Assembly: GCA_964035545.1 (NCBI GenBank)
Contig: OZ037770.1
Location: 5,466,729-5,530,728 of the forward strand
DNA length: 64,000 nt
Reading direction: 5' to 3'
From: Bugula neritina
Taxonomy: Eukaryota; Animalia; Bryozoa
The notes beneath the pieces are model-generated. The model had not been told where the DNA came from and did no database searches. It saw only the letters and a list, made by a program, of their open reading frames with translations. The translations under genes and the position numbers were made by a program. This document shows positions 51,229 to 64,000 of this stretch, piece after piece. Position 1 is the stretch's first letter. The number at the start of each line of letters is the position of its first letter.

Positions 51229-51229
51229 A

Positions 51230-51500
51230 GAAATGAAGGGATCTGAGACAGGGCGGCAGTAAATGCAGTAACTATATTTGTGGGAAAGAGAAGGCTGGAA
51301 TAATATGGGCACCTATGCAGCAGAGAACAATAAAACAAGAAGGGAATCAGCTACATCAGTGTGAAACTCCAGAGAAAGGGAGCAAGACCAAAACATTTAA
51401 ACATGGGGGTTAAAAATCAAAAGAGATCATAGATTAGTGCAGAACACTGCGACCTAAAAGAATACAGTGAAGAATAGGAGGATGGCAAAATTAAGTAAAA
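51230..51500 (+). mobile_element. RTE LINE C-terminal remnant
   Basis: ..RDRAAVNAVTIFVGKRRLE*YGHLCSRE..KGARPK resembles the RTE RRLRWYGHV.R..GRPK motif. Confidence 0.55.
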
Positions 51501-54500
51501 CAATGAGTATGAGAGTGACACCACTTGTGAAGCCGAAGTTCTATTTCTTTTAATTAATTGGTGAAAAAATATAATAGCAACTTTTATGACAGTCTTGTAG
51601 ATTGGCTGTGTGATGAGGTGACTTGAATACAGCAGCCATGAGTAAAACCTGGCTGCAAATTAAAGCAGAAGGTGAACATTTTATGTATAATATAAGAGAT
51701 ATATTCAAAAATTGAAATTACCATAAAAACTGTAGTCCTTGTCTGATAGTCAAAATAAATTGGCTGCCATCCATAATTTCATCATTCATAATTTCATCTT
51801 GATTACACTGCAAAACAAAATGAAGTATTTTGTTGATCACATGTATGAGTTTGAAATGAACTATGGTAACAAATATTAACATAATATTTCCTTGCATTTA
51901 GTGCATTTTTTAGTTAAGTAACTAGTCTGAATACTTCACATTGCAGTTTAATTTTCTAAACCAAACATACATTGATGAGCCTGAACTGAACAAGTGTTAG
52001 GTCAGCTTGACTAAAATATAACCATAAATACCATCAATATAAATTAGGGGTTTGTTGATTAAAATATAGTAAAGTAACAGAGTAAAATTAAAACAACCCT
52101 GAACAATAGCGTAGTAAAAGTGTACATTCAGGACTCCACACTTAAGGAGTATAGGAGGATGACAAAAATCAAGTTCAACCATATGAAAAACTAGGAAACA
52201 TACTGACATCATGTCCAAATATTCTTCCAACTGTCAAACATTTTAAACACTTAAGAAGAAAAATACCTCAAAATTGTGTGCATTATTTTTAGGTCTTCAA
52301 AGTTAATGCTTGTTCATGAAGATAAAGAAAAAAAACTGAGAAACTGATTATTCATGTAAAAGTAAATGTAATAATTTGACTATGTTCTGTAGTAAAAAAA
52401 TTATGATGACTTCTTTTTCTAATATGTGTAAAGAGATAATATACTAGGTAAGCAATGCAGGGCTTTTTAATCTTTTAAATTTGTGCTCAAAGTATATTAT
52501 ATTACCACTAAGCCTTAAGATATGCAATTTACTTTTAGATCATCTGTTATCATAATAGACTTTTAATTTTGTACAAATGATTTACCTGGACAAGCAAAAC
52601 AAAGTCTTTCCATTACATCTTCTATGTCAGCATTTTTCAGCTTCACCACAACAGCCATCGAGTAGTTCATTTTAAACTAAAAAGAAATAATTAATTTAGG
52701 AAATACAATGATTGCCTATGTAAAAAGTGACAATGTATGCACGTATGGCATCTGAAGCCACATTTAACTAACTATTCAACTTGCTAATATCATTTTTAAA
52801 TAAGTTTTTGAAAATGGAATTAAGACAGTTATGAAAAAAAATTGATAACAATAAGAATATATGTTGAATTAAGTAATCATAGGTAGCAACTATAATAATC
52901 ATAGTGAAAGAAATAATTTCGAAGGGTGATGAAGTAATTCAACAGAATAAAAACTATGATGCGACTTTTAATTGTCACAATAAGAACTTTGGACAAAAAA
53001 AAACTTTGCAGGCTTTGAGTTATATATAAATAAAACCCTTTAGAATTTTTTGAAAAATAGTCCTACGAGACATAATAATACATAGTTAAGTTTTAGATTT
53101 TTACAACACACTATGACTCATAATTAGTTAATAAAATATTCTTTTGTAACTGCATAGTGCATATAACATCTATTTGAATCAATTTGATGGAGTTTGTGAA
53201 ATTTCTTGTTTGAAAATTACAAAAACTGGCGGCATGTTCGAGTTGTTGAAAATAGCAAAAAACAAGTAGTAAACAAAGTTAAATAACATTTGCAAAACCT
53301 TATACAATGTGCTGTTAAATGCTTGGACAGATACTATCTTGAATAAGATTAATGCAAGCTTAAAAAAACTTTAAAGTTGAAAGGCATATATTTTGTTACC
53401 ATCATAATTCATATGCTGTGTAATCAAGCCACATCTTGAGATATAAATATTTTTCTGCTCCGTGGTCTCTTCAGTACTTAGACCTATGCCTTGCCACACT
53501 CTACCACTGCACTTAGCCTTCAATCATAAATCACGATGACATGCAGTGTAAATGTTGCAGCTGTGGCCTGGTGAATAAGGATATTTTCCAACCACAATTT
53601 TTAACAAAACAAAACAAGTTCTCACCTAAAAAACTAGAAATTAACTATAAAGAAAAATAATTGATTTTTAGTTTGATTATATGGTTTAAACCTGCATTTG
53701 CATAGGGGTAGTTGAAGTCTAAACATTCACCAGATTCGCATACATTATTTTCAATATTTCATGTTACCTAAAACTAAAATATATTCAATACTAAAACATC
53801 TATTAAAGTGTAGTAACTGACATGTTCAAATGTGTGCCTTAGCGAACATCACACTCAAAAAGTAATTGTGAGAGGAAACAAGCTTTGCTTCCATTTTAGA
53901 AGTCAAGAGAAGTACCGTCACCTTACATTGGTAGCAACAGATTGTGTACCAAGAAATTGTTTCTAAAACTCCACAAAAATATAATTAAAACGTTGAAGAT
54001 TCTACAGGCAAAAAGTTCTGAATAGATTTTTATAAGCAGAGGACAAATTAAATTTTGCAAATAATTTCAAGCACAAATAGTCACTAAACAAACTTTATAT
54101 GCATATAAATAAAAGCCAGCAATACATTAATTAACTTACTTGCATTATATAAGGATAAGCACAGATCTCCCTCTCTCCATATCCAATGCCTTACATATAA
54201 GTGCCTGAAACCATCTTTGCAGCTTTCCATTCAATTCCTCCACAGTGGTCACCAACTGAAATATTCTGAAAAATTAAATAATAATTTAACGTACCCATAC
54301 AATTCTTACTTGTTTGCTCATATTGAAAACAAAAAAGATGAAAAAATAAAACAAGACATGTGACCATCGAACAATAGTTGGTAAATTGTATTGTATTGTA
54401 AATCATACGCAATCAAATTGAGAGCCTCAAACAGCCCTCTAAAAAAGTTGGTTATGCTCAACCATGCCGCGTATTTTTGATGTCATATGGGAGAACCCCA

Positions 54501-56429
54501 CTTCATATATGTGATTAGTTTAAAGAAGAATTACAAGAAAACAGCATTCGAAAGCTTTCTTATCAGTTTGCTACTATAACCGCATCGGTTTTAAAGAGTT
54601 TTTTGCATTGCCCATTAATGAAATTATAAACGGTAACCGTCACAGATCATATCCAGAGTTTCTACCATTTGTTTATGCCAGTTCATTCTGATTTTTTGAT
54701 TGATTTTTATCCTCAATCTTTCATAATTTTTTTTCAACTTGCAAAAGTGGTAAAACAATTTATATTATAGGATAAATGGTACTGGTTCAACTTTTTCACA
54801 GAGCGATTCAATCTGCCCCCTACAGAGGCACGTTGTAAAAAAAAATTAGTAAAAAAATGGGCTCTATGTTAGTGAGTAAAATGTTTACACATTTGATTTC
54901 AAAGGACAAAGACAGCAACATATGACTGACTTTTATGGTTATGGTCTTTGGATTGGCAAAATAATTCTCTACAAGTCATGCTAAAAAACACAATTTTTGG
55001 TTCAACTATATCCCCACCCTCGCCAATACGATATGAATTTCAATAGCCTTTCTCAGGGTTACCACTGTAATTCCAGAGAGCTATGCTTAAAAACAGATTT
55101 ATAGCAATTTTTCACAGAAATTAAAACATGTTGAGAGCATATTTAGCTTTTAATTGGTGTGTACATTGTCTTATATTACCTCATAAATACTGAGGAAAAC
55201 ATGAATTACCAACAAAACCAAAAATTATCTATGGGTGTCCAAGAAATTTGAGCATGACTGCATTTGCAGAAAATTATTATAAAACAAAATTGTTTGAACA
55301 TGCAACCCACAAACAGATGAGAACTAAGATATTACATATAATTATATATTGTAATGCTGTATAAATATAGTGTGTCAGGGAATTTTCAAATAGGTATTAT
55401 GAATAAATACAAATTGATGTAGAATTTTAATAAATATGTAAGATGCACCTACTTTTCACGCAGCTTCAATCTTTATTTATTAAGTTTCAACTTTTTGCAG
55501 CATCACTTCTGACGTCATCTTCTGCCATACTCCTTTCAGTCAATGTCTCAAGTTGTGGCAAGCACAGGGAATAGCTATAGCCTATTCATCATTATCAAGA
55601 GTCTATAAAAATCATTCCAAACAGATAACTTTTAAGTTGTAGTCAGCAGCTATGAACAGAGTTGTCATTGTGAACATTTCAATAATGAAAAGGATATTTA
55701 TATTCCCATTGAACTTAAATACCCATATTATAAGTACATCTAATAACGCAGCAAACTCCCTTTTAAAATCACATTAATATAGCATCAGCAAAAGAACACT
55801 AAATGGCAAAAGCAGTTTGAAAACCAATTTCAGATTGAAAATTTAATTGATCAAATATTGCTTTTTTATTTAGATTAAGACTCATTGCGGTAAACAAGCA
55901 AGGAAACTTTGTGATATGGATAAGAAAGGTTTTAAAACAAAAGCCATGATTTTCAAAAAGTCTGCACCACACTTAAAATCAACACCATCCTAGATGCTAC
56001 ACCAGAGCAACGAATAATTAAAACAGTATACCTTGGAGAGTTAATAACTGATATTGCATGGTTAAAATGAACAAGAAATAAAGAGAAGAAATGAACTGGC
56101 AAAAAATGCTTTCCAGGATATTTCTTAAGTATATTGAAATTAGAAAAATCAAAATACAAACACGAGAGAAATTACTATGCAAAAAATTCTTCCCCATATA
56201 ACAAGCAGATATTATTAGTTATTTATCAGTAACGCATCTACTAGGCATAGACTCACAAGGTTTCATAGTTGATTGTAAGAACAATGAGTATTTAACACCA
56301 TAAAAACCTAAAGCATTGATACTTGTGGTACATCTAGTACTAAACTCTAAAGCACTTACAGACTTACAGTGGTAGTCTGTTATCACTAAATCTAATGATT
56401 TTCACAGTTCTCAATCAAGGTATTAGACA

Positions 56430-58000
56430 CCATAACTACTAGTGGGCCTACTACTACTACTAGTAGTAGTACTAGTAACTAGAGTACTACTACTACTAGT
56501 ACTACTACTGTACTAGTAGTAATAATAATTTATATCAAAAATGAGCACATTGTTTTACTAATAATATTCTCAACCTAATAGTAATAGCAATAGTACCAAC
56601 CTGATCCGTAATGGGTTTTCCTGAAGAATGGAACTAGATTGTAATTACCGACATGTGTATACATACTAAATTAGTATCTAATAATATATTATTATGAAAT
56701 TTATGATTATCGCCCCATTTGCGGAGTAGTCAGGCCGAGTTTATTATGAACACAAGAGTCGAGTAAATTTGCGCAGATAAATTACTGGCCACCATGATAG
56801 ACCAGACCTGTTTTGACCGAATATCGGTTCTACTTGAACACTAGAATCGCCCCCAAGGTCCAATGCCTAATTGAGTCCGCGGCTCCTTTGGTCAAATGAC
56901 CCAAAGATTCAATTTCAATTTTGAATACCATAGGCGTGCTCAAACTTATAGTTATAGGCTAGGGCATATGCATGGTTATTATTGGAAAATAGATTAATAA
57001 TTAGTAATACTAATACTAATAGTAATACGAATGCACTAATGGTAATAGTTATAATGTCACGATTAGACTTTACATTTGCTCTTACTCTTAGTCTTAGTTA
57101 TAATCATATTTATAAACATGAATATCGCTCTCACTCTGACTCACACTCTGACTCTAACTCTAAGTCTAAGTCTATCAGCATCACTATCAGTATCACTACC
57201 AATATGAATATAGCTATAACTATAAGTATTACTCAATCAGTTTCACTATGACTATGATAAAATCATAAAATGATAAATAATCCACTAATACTTAGTGATA
57301 ACAGTTACTGATTAGAGTGATCTTAAATTAGTAATCAGTATAGCTGTGAGTATAACTCACTGTAGTACTCTTAATCATAATCATAATGGTAGTGGTATGA
57401 GTATCACTATCAGTATGGGATCAACTAATACTAATAGTAATACTGTAAAGTGTAATACTAATACTAATACAGTATTACTAATAGTAATAGTATCAAATCG
57501 AAATTAATCAATAGTAAATATAGTTAATGTTATACTTAAACTTAAAGACTTATACTTATAGTAGTAATAGTTATACTTATAGTATTAGAACCTTATACTA
57601 TGTCTATAGTCTATGACGGCATGACATACCCATAAATGGTGATGTCTAAGTCCTACTTCAAAGTAGCAGTTAAACTTAAAGTTTGATATTCTACTCTGTA
57701 TAACCGAGACTGACTATCATACACCTTACATGTCATGCTGAGTATCATTATGATTATCACTTGAGGTTTATGAGTATCACTTTCAGTAAGATAATCATAC
57801 TATGACTATGAGTTATACTTATAGTCACACCCCGATACCCATACTTCTACTTCTAGTGATCTACTCTTACTCCTAGTTCTACGGGCAAGGCTACTCACTC
57901 ATACTCATAGTCATAGTAACTGATAGTGGTGTAACCTAAACTAATACTATAACCAATGCCAAAAGACAAGGTAAAGCTAAAATTAAAAATAGAAACCAAA
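56430..58000. repeat. Degenerate (ACT/AGT/AAT)n low-complexity region
   Basis: Runs of actact/agtagt/aatagt and hexamer-like repeats. Confidence 0.7.
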
Positions 58001-59509
58001 GGGTCATAAATCATATGTGTAATGGTGTTTTAGTTTATGATTGTTTATGTTCATTATATGTTTATTCTACCAAGTACCAACTCATCAGTCACTTAGTTTT
58101 ATAGTGATAATTATACTTACACTTATAGCCTACACCCCATAGCTTATTTAATTTTGACTCTACCTTGCCCTTTGGCAGTGATTTAGTTTTAATTAAATTG
58201 TTATATTTAATGTTTTTCATGAACTTTATGAAATTTTATTGATAAGATATCATATAGTAATAGTGATAATTGTATCATAATGATGATATTGATATATAAA
58301 ACATTATGACCATCAATGTATCACTGTGAATGTAATAATTTTTATATAAGTAAATTAATTTACTATTAAATAAAAGTTGTGCAAGTTTATAGTTGGCATC
58401 CCTGTGAGAAACCCCTGATGGGAAAGGTTTTTTGTTAAATGGGGCTAAGCAATTATTTGGTTGGAGCATAGGAGTAATTATGACTGGATGCTTTTCCTAA
58501 CAAATGACAGTAATGAAAAATTGAATATGATTGTTATCTAATCATTATGTAAGGTTAACCTTTATGTTAGGAATCTCAATAGCACGAGCATACAATTCAA
58601 TCATCGCCATGTTGGCTGTGATTTTCTTAATCATACTTATTAAGCTTGCAGTTTTTGATATTTGATAGATATAGTATTCATAATAATAGTCACTTAAATT
58701 TGATGGTAATATTGATCAATAAATTTTAAGTACACTGACTAAATCTAATGATTAGTGGTAATGAAACTAACGACACTCAAACTGATTTGCCTCAAGACTG
58801 AATTATGTTTTCTAAGTGATGACAGACTAAGATTAAGTTTAATAATAGGGCAGTAGTACATGTAACTAAAAGTATAAGCTAAAGTATACAACCATAAGTG
58901 AGTAACCATGATGTTATCTCGACCAACGCAATCTCAATACTAATACCTGATTTATTGAAAATGTTACTATATATTTGAGTATGAGTATGTAACTGTATTA
59001 ATATGATAAAACTTATACAGTTATGCACATAGTGCTAGTGAAAGTATCTCAAACCGTTGCAAAATCCAACTTTATTCAAAACTTTGCTACAAATACTTGA
59101 GTTTTTATTTTAAGGTTGATCATAAAAAGTTAAAATTATTGTGAATAAATTAATTTTAACTGTTCATTTTACTTCAACATTATCTTTTAATTTAATAAAG
59201 TTTTAATGAATATTAATTTATTTATTTTTCAACAAGTCACTGTTTTAATTAATATAGGTATAAGTTTAGGTATCTAATAACTTTAACCATCATTATATTC
59301 ATCATTTTTAATTTGTATGCCAATTGCTAAATTATAATACCTATACTGATATCACCACTGTTGAATTATTTTTCTTATTCACCTATGTTTGTAATACGGT
59401 TATTGCTTGTTAGTTAGTAGCATATATAACAACTATAGTAATAGCTATAACTACAAGCATATTTAATATGCTAAGGTATATTGAGAGATTGTCATAAATA
59501 TCTCAGTGA

Positions 59510-60050
59510 TCATATACATGACACCCTTAGCATTCATGTCTTGAACATCTAGCCATAGCTCCCTTTATATTGTTTCCAGTGTTGAATGCCCATCCTGCAA
59601 GAATGCTTTGCCTCCATTTGAGAGGTGGTAAATTGATTGGATTTTATGTAAAATTTCTTAAGCTCTTGTTTCAGGACATCCTCAAACCTTAGATATAAGT
59701 TCTTCTAGCTGGATGAGTTCCTTTTGATATTAATGCATGCAATCGAGTGCGGCCGGCGGATGAGATACTTTGGCATGTTGACCAGCTCAGTGAAGACAGA
59801 AGAAATTCAGTTTTGAAGAAAGAGAATCCGGGTCTGTGATTTCAAATACATCTTCATTTATCATTTTATCTTCCCAGATTTTACTCAACATGTATCTTAA
59901 ACTCCAGGTAAGAAAAGTGCTGAGCTTTGATTCTTGCAATCCACATGTTGCCCATTTTTTTGATCCACAAGGAAGAATGCTGAGAACACAAACTTCGTAG
60001 ACTTTTCTTTTGGCGTGAATATTAGGGTGGTTGTTTGTCCATATTTGCTA
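59510..60050 (-). mobile_element. RTE LINE 3' remnant
   Basis: Minus strand KRKVYEVCVLSILPCGSKKWAT (cf. KVYQACVLSTLLYGSETW) plus downstream RTE-like decay. Confidence 0.6.
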
Positions 60051-61904
60051 CTTCACAAAGTGGAATTATTTTGGTATTTGTCATATCCTGCAGAGCCCAT
60101 TTAAATGTTTGAGCAGAAAAAGTAAAAATAAATATTTAGCAGTGTGTTTACTGTTTTGATGATGGTTTTAGGGAAACATGTAGATTTACCATTCATGTAC
60201 TTGTGACAGGCCTGTGTTTCAGCGATTAGGAGAGTAGAATTTTTCTTTAATAGAAAATGAGTCATGCAAGGGAAGCTGGTTTCCTTACTTTATTAAGCAA
60301 AATTTGCTATCACAACAACAGAAGTGTTGCTAGCCTTGATTTGGAAACATTTTATATTTATAACTCTGATACTTATTTTGAGACATTTGGCTGCATGTTG
60401 GATAGATTGCATAGCATCTTTACTTGCGCTAATACTTAGAAGCATTTACTTGGTTTTCCTATAGTTTTATTTTGAATGTTTTTATGACATATTGCAGAAC
60501 TGTGGGTTCATTCTACTTGTAAATATATTCCATAGGTCTAACTCAAACCCTGTGAATTTTCAAGTTAATATGGCAAGCTATGATGAAAGAAATGCTAAAC
60601 TGGACGGGTAATAGAAAAGAAAGTCCGATAATTTTTTTAATTGTAATTTAAATTACTTCGCTTGCATTACTCAGCAGTATGGTAGCAGTGGTAGAACCAG
60701 CAGCAGTAGCAGCAGGAGTAGATCATAGTATAGTAGTATTGATAAAATGATTGATAGATTAGAACTGTAATTTTGAATATTAAAAATATGACAATGCCAC
60801 TGTGCGCCATAAATTTCTTGATGGCCATTAAAATCAGCCATTAAATCAGTTTTCTTTTGGCTAGAACAAGCACTGCTGCCTGGACATAGTAATATATTAT
60901 ATGTATGAACTGTATGTTAATTATATGTAGAGGAATTATTTTTGCTAGCTTTAATAAAAAACCCTGCTCGTTTCTCATATTATTGTATTGTCAGTTTCAG
61001 CAATTTCAGGCCAGATACATTTAAATTATACCTTGCAAATTTTAGGCCTGTTCCAGTCTACCTGTCAACACATTTGTTTGATCTGATCTAATTATGATGG
61101 CCTTCCAAGCAATGTAGTTAGCAAAAGTGAGAGAACTAATATTGCTTTTTCAGCCTATATTATGTTTGAAACCAGTAAAATAATAGAAATCATGAAACTA
61201 GTAATAGGCAATCCTATAATGCTGTTTAATAAACTTATTTGCGCTGTTACTTTAGTGATTTCGACGCTGTTTTATAAATTATTAGCAATCTTTCAAAGAT
61301 GAATAAATATACATTTTCTTTTAGTATGTCACCAATTGGAATATTTGGACCTGTATACCTATCTAGTGGAGGTGTTAATTTGTAAGCATATTGGTTTTAC
61401 CAAGATTATTGATTAAAGCAGTTGCTGAAAGCCAAAATAAAATGCTAACCAAAGTTCATATCTAGTGGGCTACAATTTGCCAACTTCTACAAAGCATATA
61501 ATAGCTAGTAATTGTTTCTATGCTGTACCACTTGACGGTCTGTTCTCTTTTACCTTACTCTATATTATGCTGTATAAATTCTAGCACACCTATCTGGTTT
61601 TTAATCATTTCTTGCACCATATGCCAATAATTTTTACGTAGATGCATACAATCGGACAGCTGGATGGCCTGGCCATTGTGGAGAAGCATCATAACCACCT
61701 GCTTGGTGTTGGAGCCGAGTGCATATCAAGGTGGGTAGCACAACTTCTCAGTTCATAAGTAGCAGCCTAGTTTTTTAAAAGGTTTGACTATATTAAAATA
61801 TAAACATTTTGTTATTGCACTAATACAATGATAAAATGAGCAAACAGTTTCCGATATAACTTGCTGCTGGTGAGATTTAGAGTACTTGTAGTAGAAACAA
61901 TATT

Positions 61905-62424
61905 AGTAGTGGTGGTGGTGGTGGCGGCAGTGGCAGCGGCGGTAGTGGTAAAAGTAATAGTAGCAGCAGTAGTAGCAGCAGTAGTAGTAGTAGAAGTAGA
62001 AGTAGTAGCAGCAGTAGTAGAAGTAGTAGCAGCAGCAGTAGCAGCAGCAGTAGTAGTAGCAGTAGCAGTAGTAGAAGTAGTAGCAGCAGCAGTAGTAGAA
62101 GTAGTAGCAGCAGCAGTAGCAGCAGTAGTAGTAGCAGTAGTAGAAGTAGAAGTAGTAGCAGCAGTAGTAGTAGTAGCAGTAGCAGTAGTAGAAGTAGTAG
62201 CAGCAGCAGTAGCAGCAGCAGCAGTAGTAGTAGCAGTAGTAGAAGTAGTAGCAGCAGCAGTAGCAGTAGTAGTAGCAGTAGTAGAAGTAGTAGCAGCAGC
62301 AGTAGTAGCAGTAGTAGTAGTAGTAGCAGCAGTAGTAGTAGTAGTAGTAGTAGTAGCAGTAGTAGTAGTAGCAGTAGTAGTAGTAGCAGTAGCAGTAGTA
62401 GTAGTAGAAGTAATAATAATAAAA
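61905..62424. repeat. Compound (AGT/AGC/AGA)n trinucleotide microsatellite
   Basis: ~520 bp of gta/gca/gaa triplets; source of the spurious poly-V/A, poly-L and Y/C ORFs. Confidence 0.97.
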
Positions 62425-64000
62425 TAATAACATTATTAGTAGTAGTGGTGAAGTTGCTTTTGGTTCTGACGTTAGTACTGTTAGTGGTAGAGATGGTGTT
62501 GGTAGAAATAGGATTAGTGGTTGTGCACTCATAGTTGAAGGCATAAAGCATAAACCAGAATTGAATACATATATAACATAGATATGATATGACTTCTTAT
62601 TTATATTGATTTACTATCTTGCATGAACATGGCATTTTCGCTATCAACATTAGTGTTTGTATTATATACTTTCACTAAACAAGCTTGTTAAATTTATAAA
62701 AAATTATGTAGGTGATGACTTTTGCATATCTGTGTTTAATTTTAAAAATATCATGTTGCATAATTATTTTTTAGGTGTCTGGTGAGCGGACGACTTCATT
62801 TTCGGCTGCTTCATGGCACCTTTATTTTCGGAAAAGATGTAACCACTTGTAAAATCAGTTTTTTTGTGGTGAACTAAACAATATAATGTTTAACAAAATT
62901 CTTTTTTGGTTAAAAATAAAGGTATACTGTCTTTGGCTTTCTGTTATTTCTATATTGTGTTCTTCTGTTGCTATGTGTAATTGATGAGATGACTCCAAAC
63001 TCTTGCACATCCGCCACAATAAAGTTGATAATTTTGCTATGTGCATCAAGATTTTGTTATAAGTAGATATAGTTTTGCAATGATAGTGTTGATGCTGCAG
63101 CAGGTAACATTCTAATAGGATAAACCAAACAGAATTTAAGCTAAAACATTCTAAAAAAAATACAGCATTGCTTGAGCCACCTTGCCTTCTCTTTTTTCTA
63201 GACAAAAGTTGTTAGCTAAATAAGGAAAAGACAAATTAATGATTTCTGTGAGAGTTGTCTACTACAAAAATTACGTAGCAGATCATCATTAGTAACCATA
63301 ACAACACGTACATGTTTACAGCACTCATGTGCTCTCTTTGTTCTGATTCGTCAACAGTCGCGCCCTAGACAGTCGATGCTATCTTACGAAAATATATTGT
63401 TTATTGCGGCTAATATCGCGAAATGGCAAAATGAGGATCGACCCTGACAGTCGTAAAAGCCATGCGATGCACTGACGTCTCTACCTTTCTGGCACTGTGA
63501 TTACTCTGTGCATCTTCTACATTATACTATTGCACTATCCAACTAACATCGTCAGGAATAGTTTATAATTTCAGTTTTATATTATATATGTGTACTGTAT
63601 TGCTATACAGTTAACTATTTCCTGTATACTATAGTGTTTCTAGAACATATCTGGAACATTTGTGTACTGTAGGCATTATCTGCAGCTGCCAACTACTGCG
63701 GCACACAAGTATCACACTGCAGATTCCACCTTAACTAAGCGACCTCTCATCACCAGGACGTACAATGTGTCTCCACCAGGTGAGTTCAACTGTAACATAT
63801 CTTTATGTACCCAAGTGAAACTCTCTCCTCTGCTAGTTCCTGCATTTCCATTGCTTAACGCATTTTACGAATAAATGTTTCTTGGGAAGATTTGCATTGA
63901 CTAAAACCACAACCATGAATGAATGCAAACTACAACCACAAACCTATGTGTACAAATCTATGCAAATCCATTTGAAGCAATGGAAATACAGTGCCTGAAG

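Noticed and set aside
61861-62551. ORFs of 188-224 aa (poly-V/A, poly-L, Y/C-rich)
   Set aside because: Artefacts of a trinucleotide microsatellite.

Overview
AT-rich, intron-containing eukaryotic DNA, most likely an invertebrate animal (inferred from caspase, CARF and TE content; species cannot be fixed from the sequence). The main gene is on the minus strand (CDS 19594->8409). I assembled it by hand from 12 coding exons, all with GT-AG boundaries and matching phases, into one open frame of 3627 nt (1208 aa). Its architecture is N-cap/LRRs - ROC GTPase - COR - acidic linker - complete caspase (p20 + p10, His-Cys dyad intact, variant EACSG motif): a Roco-caspase fusion that would place sensor, switch and protease in one chain. 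Two of its LRR exons are recent 138-nt phase 2-2 duplicates whose differing codons are all non-synonymous. The rest is mostly TE-derived: three decayed Ty3/gypsy elements (one nested in another's LTR; two related ones carry an apparently spliced accessory ORF, with a C2H2 zinc finger in one), a ~1.6-kb tandem repeat array hit by three insertions (TTAA Kolobok-like, CACTA/EnSpm-like, CR1/L2 LINE), MITEs, RTE fragments, a two-exon CARF fragment and simple repeats.
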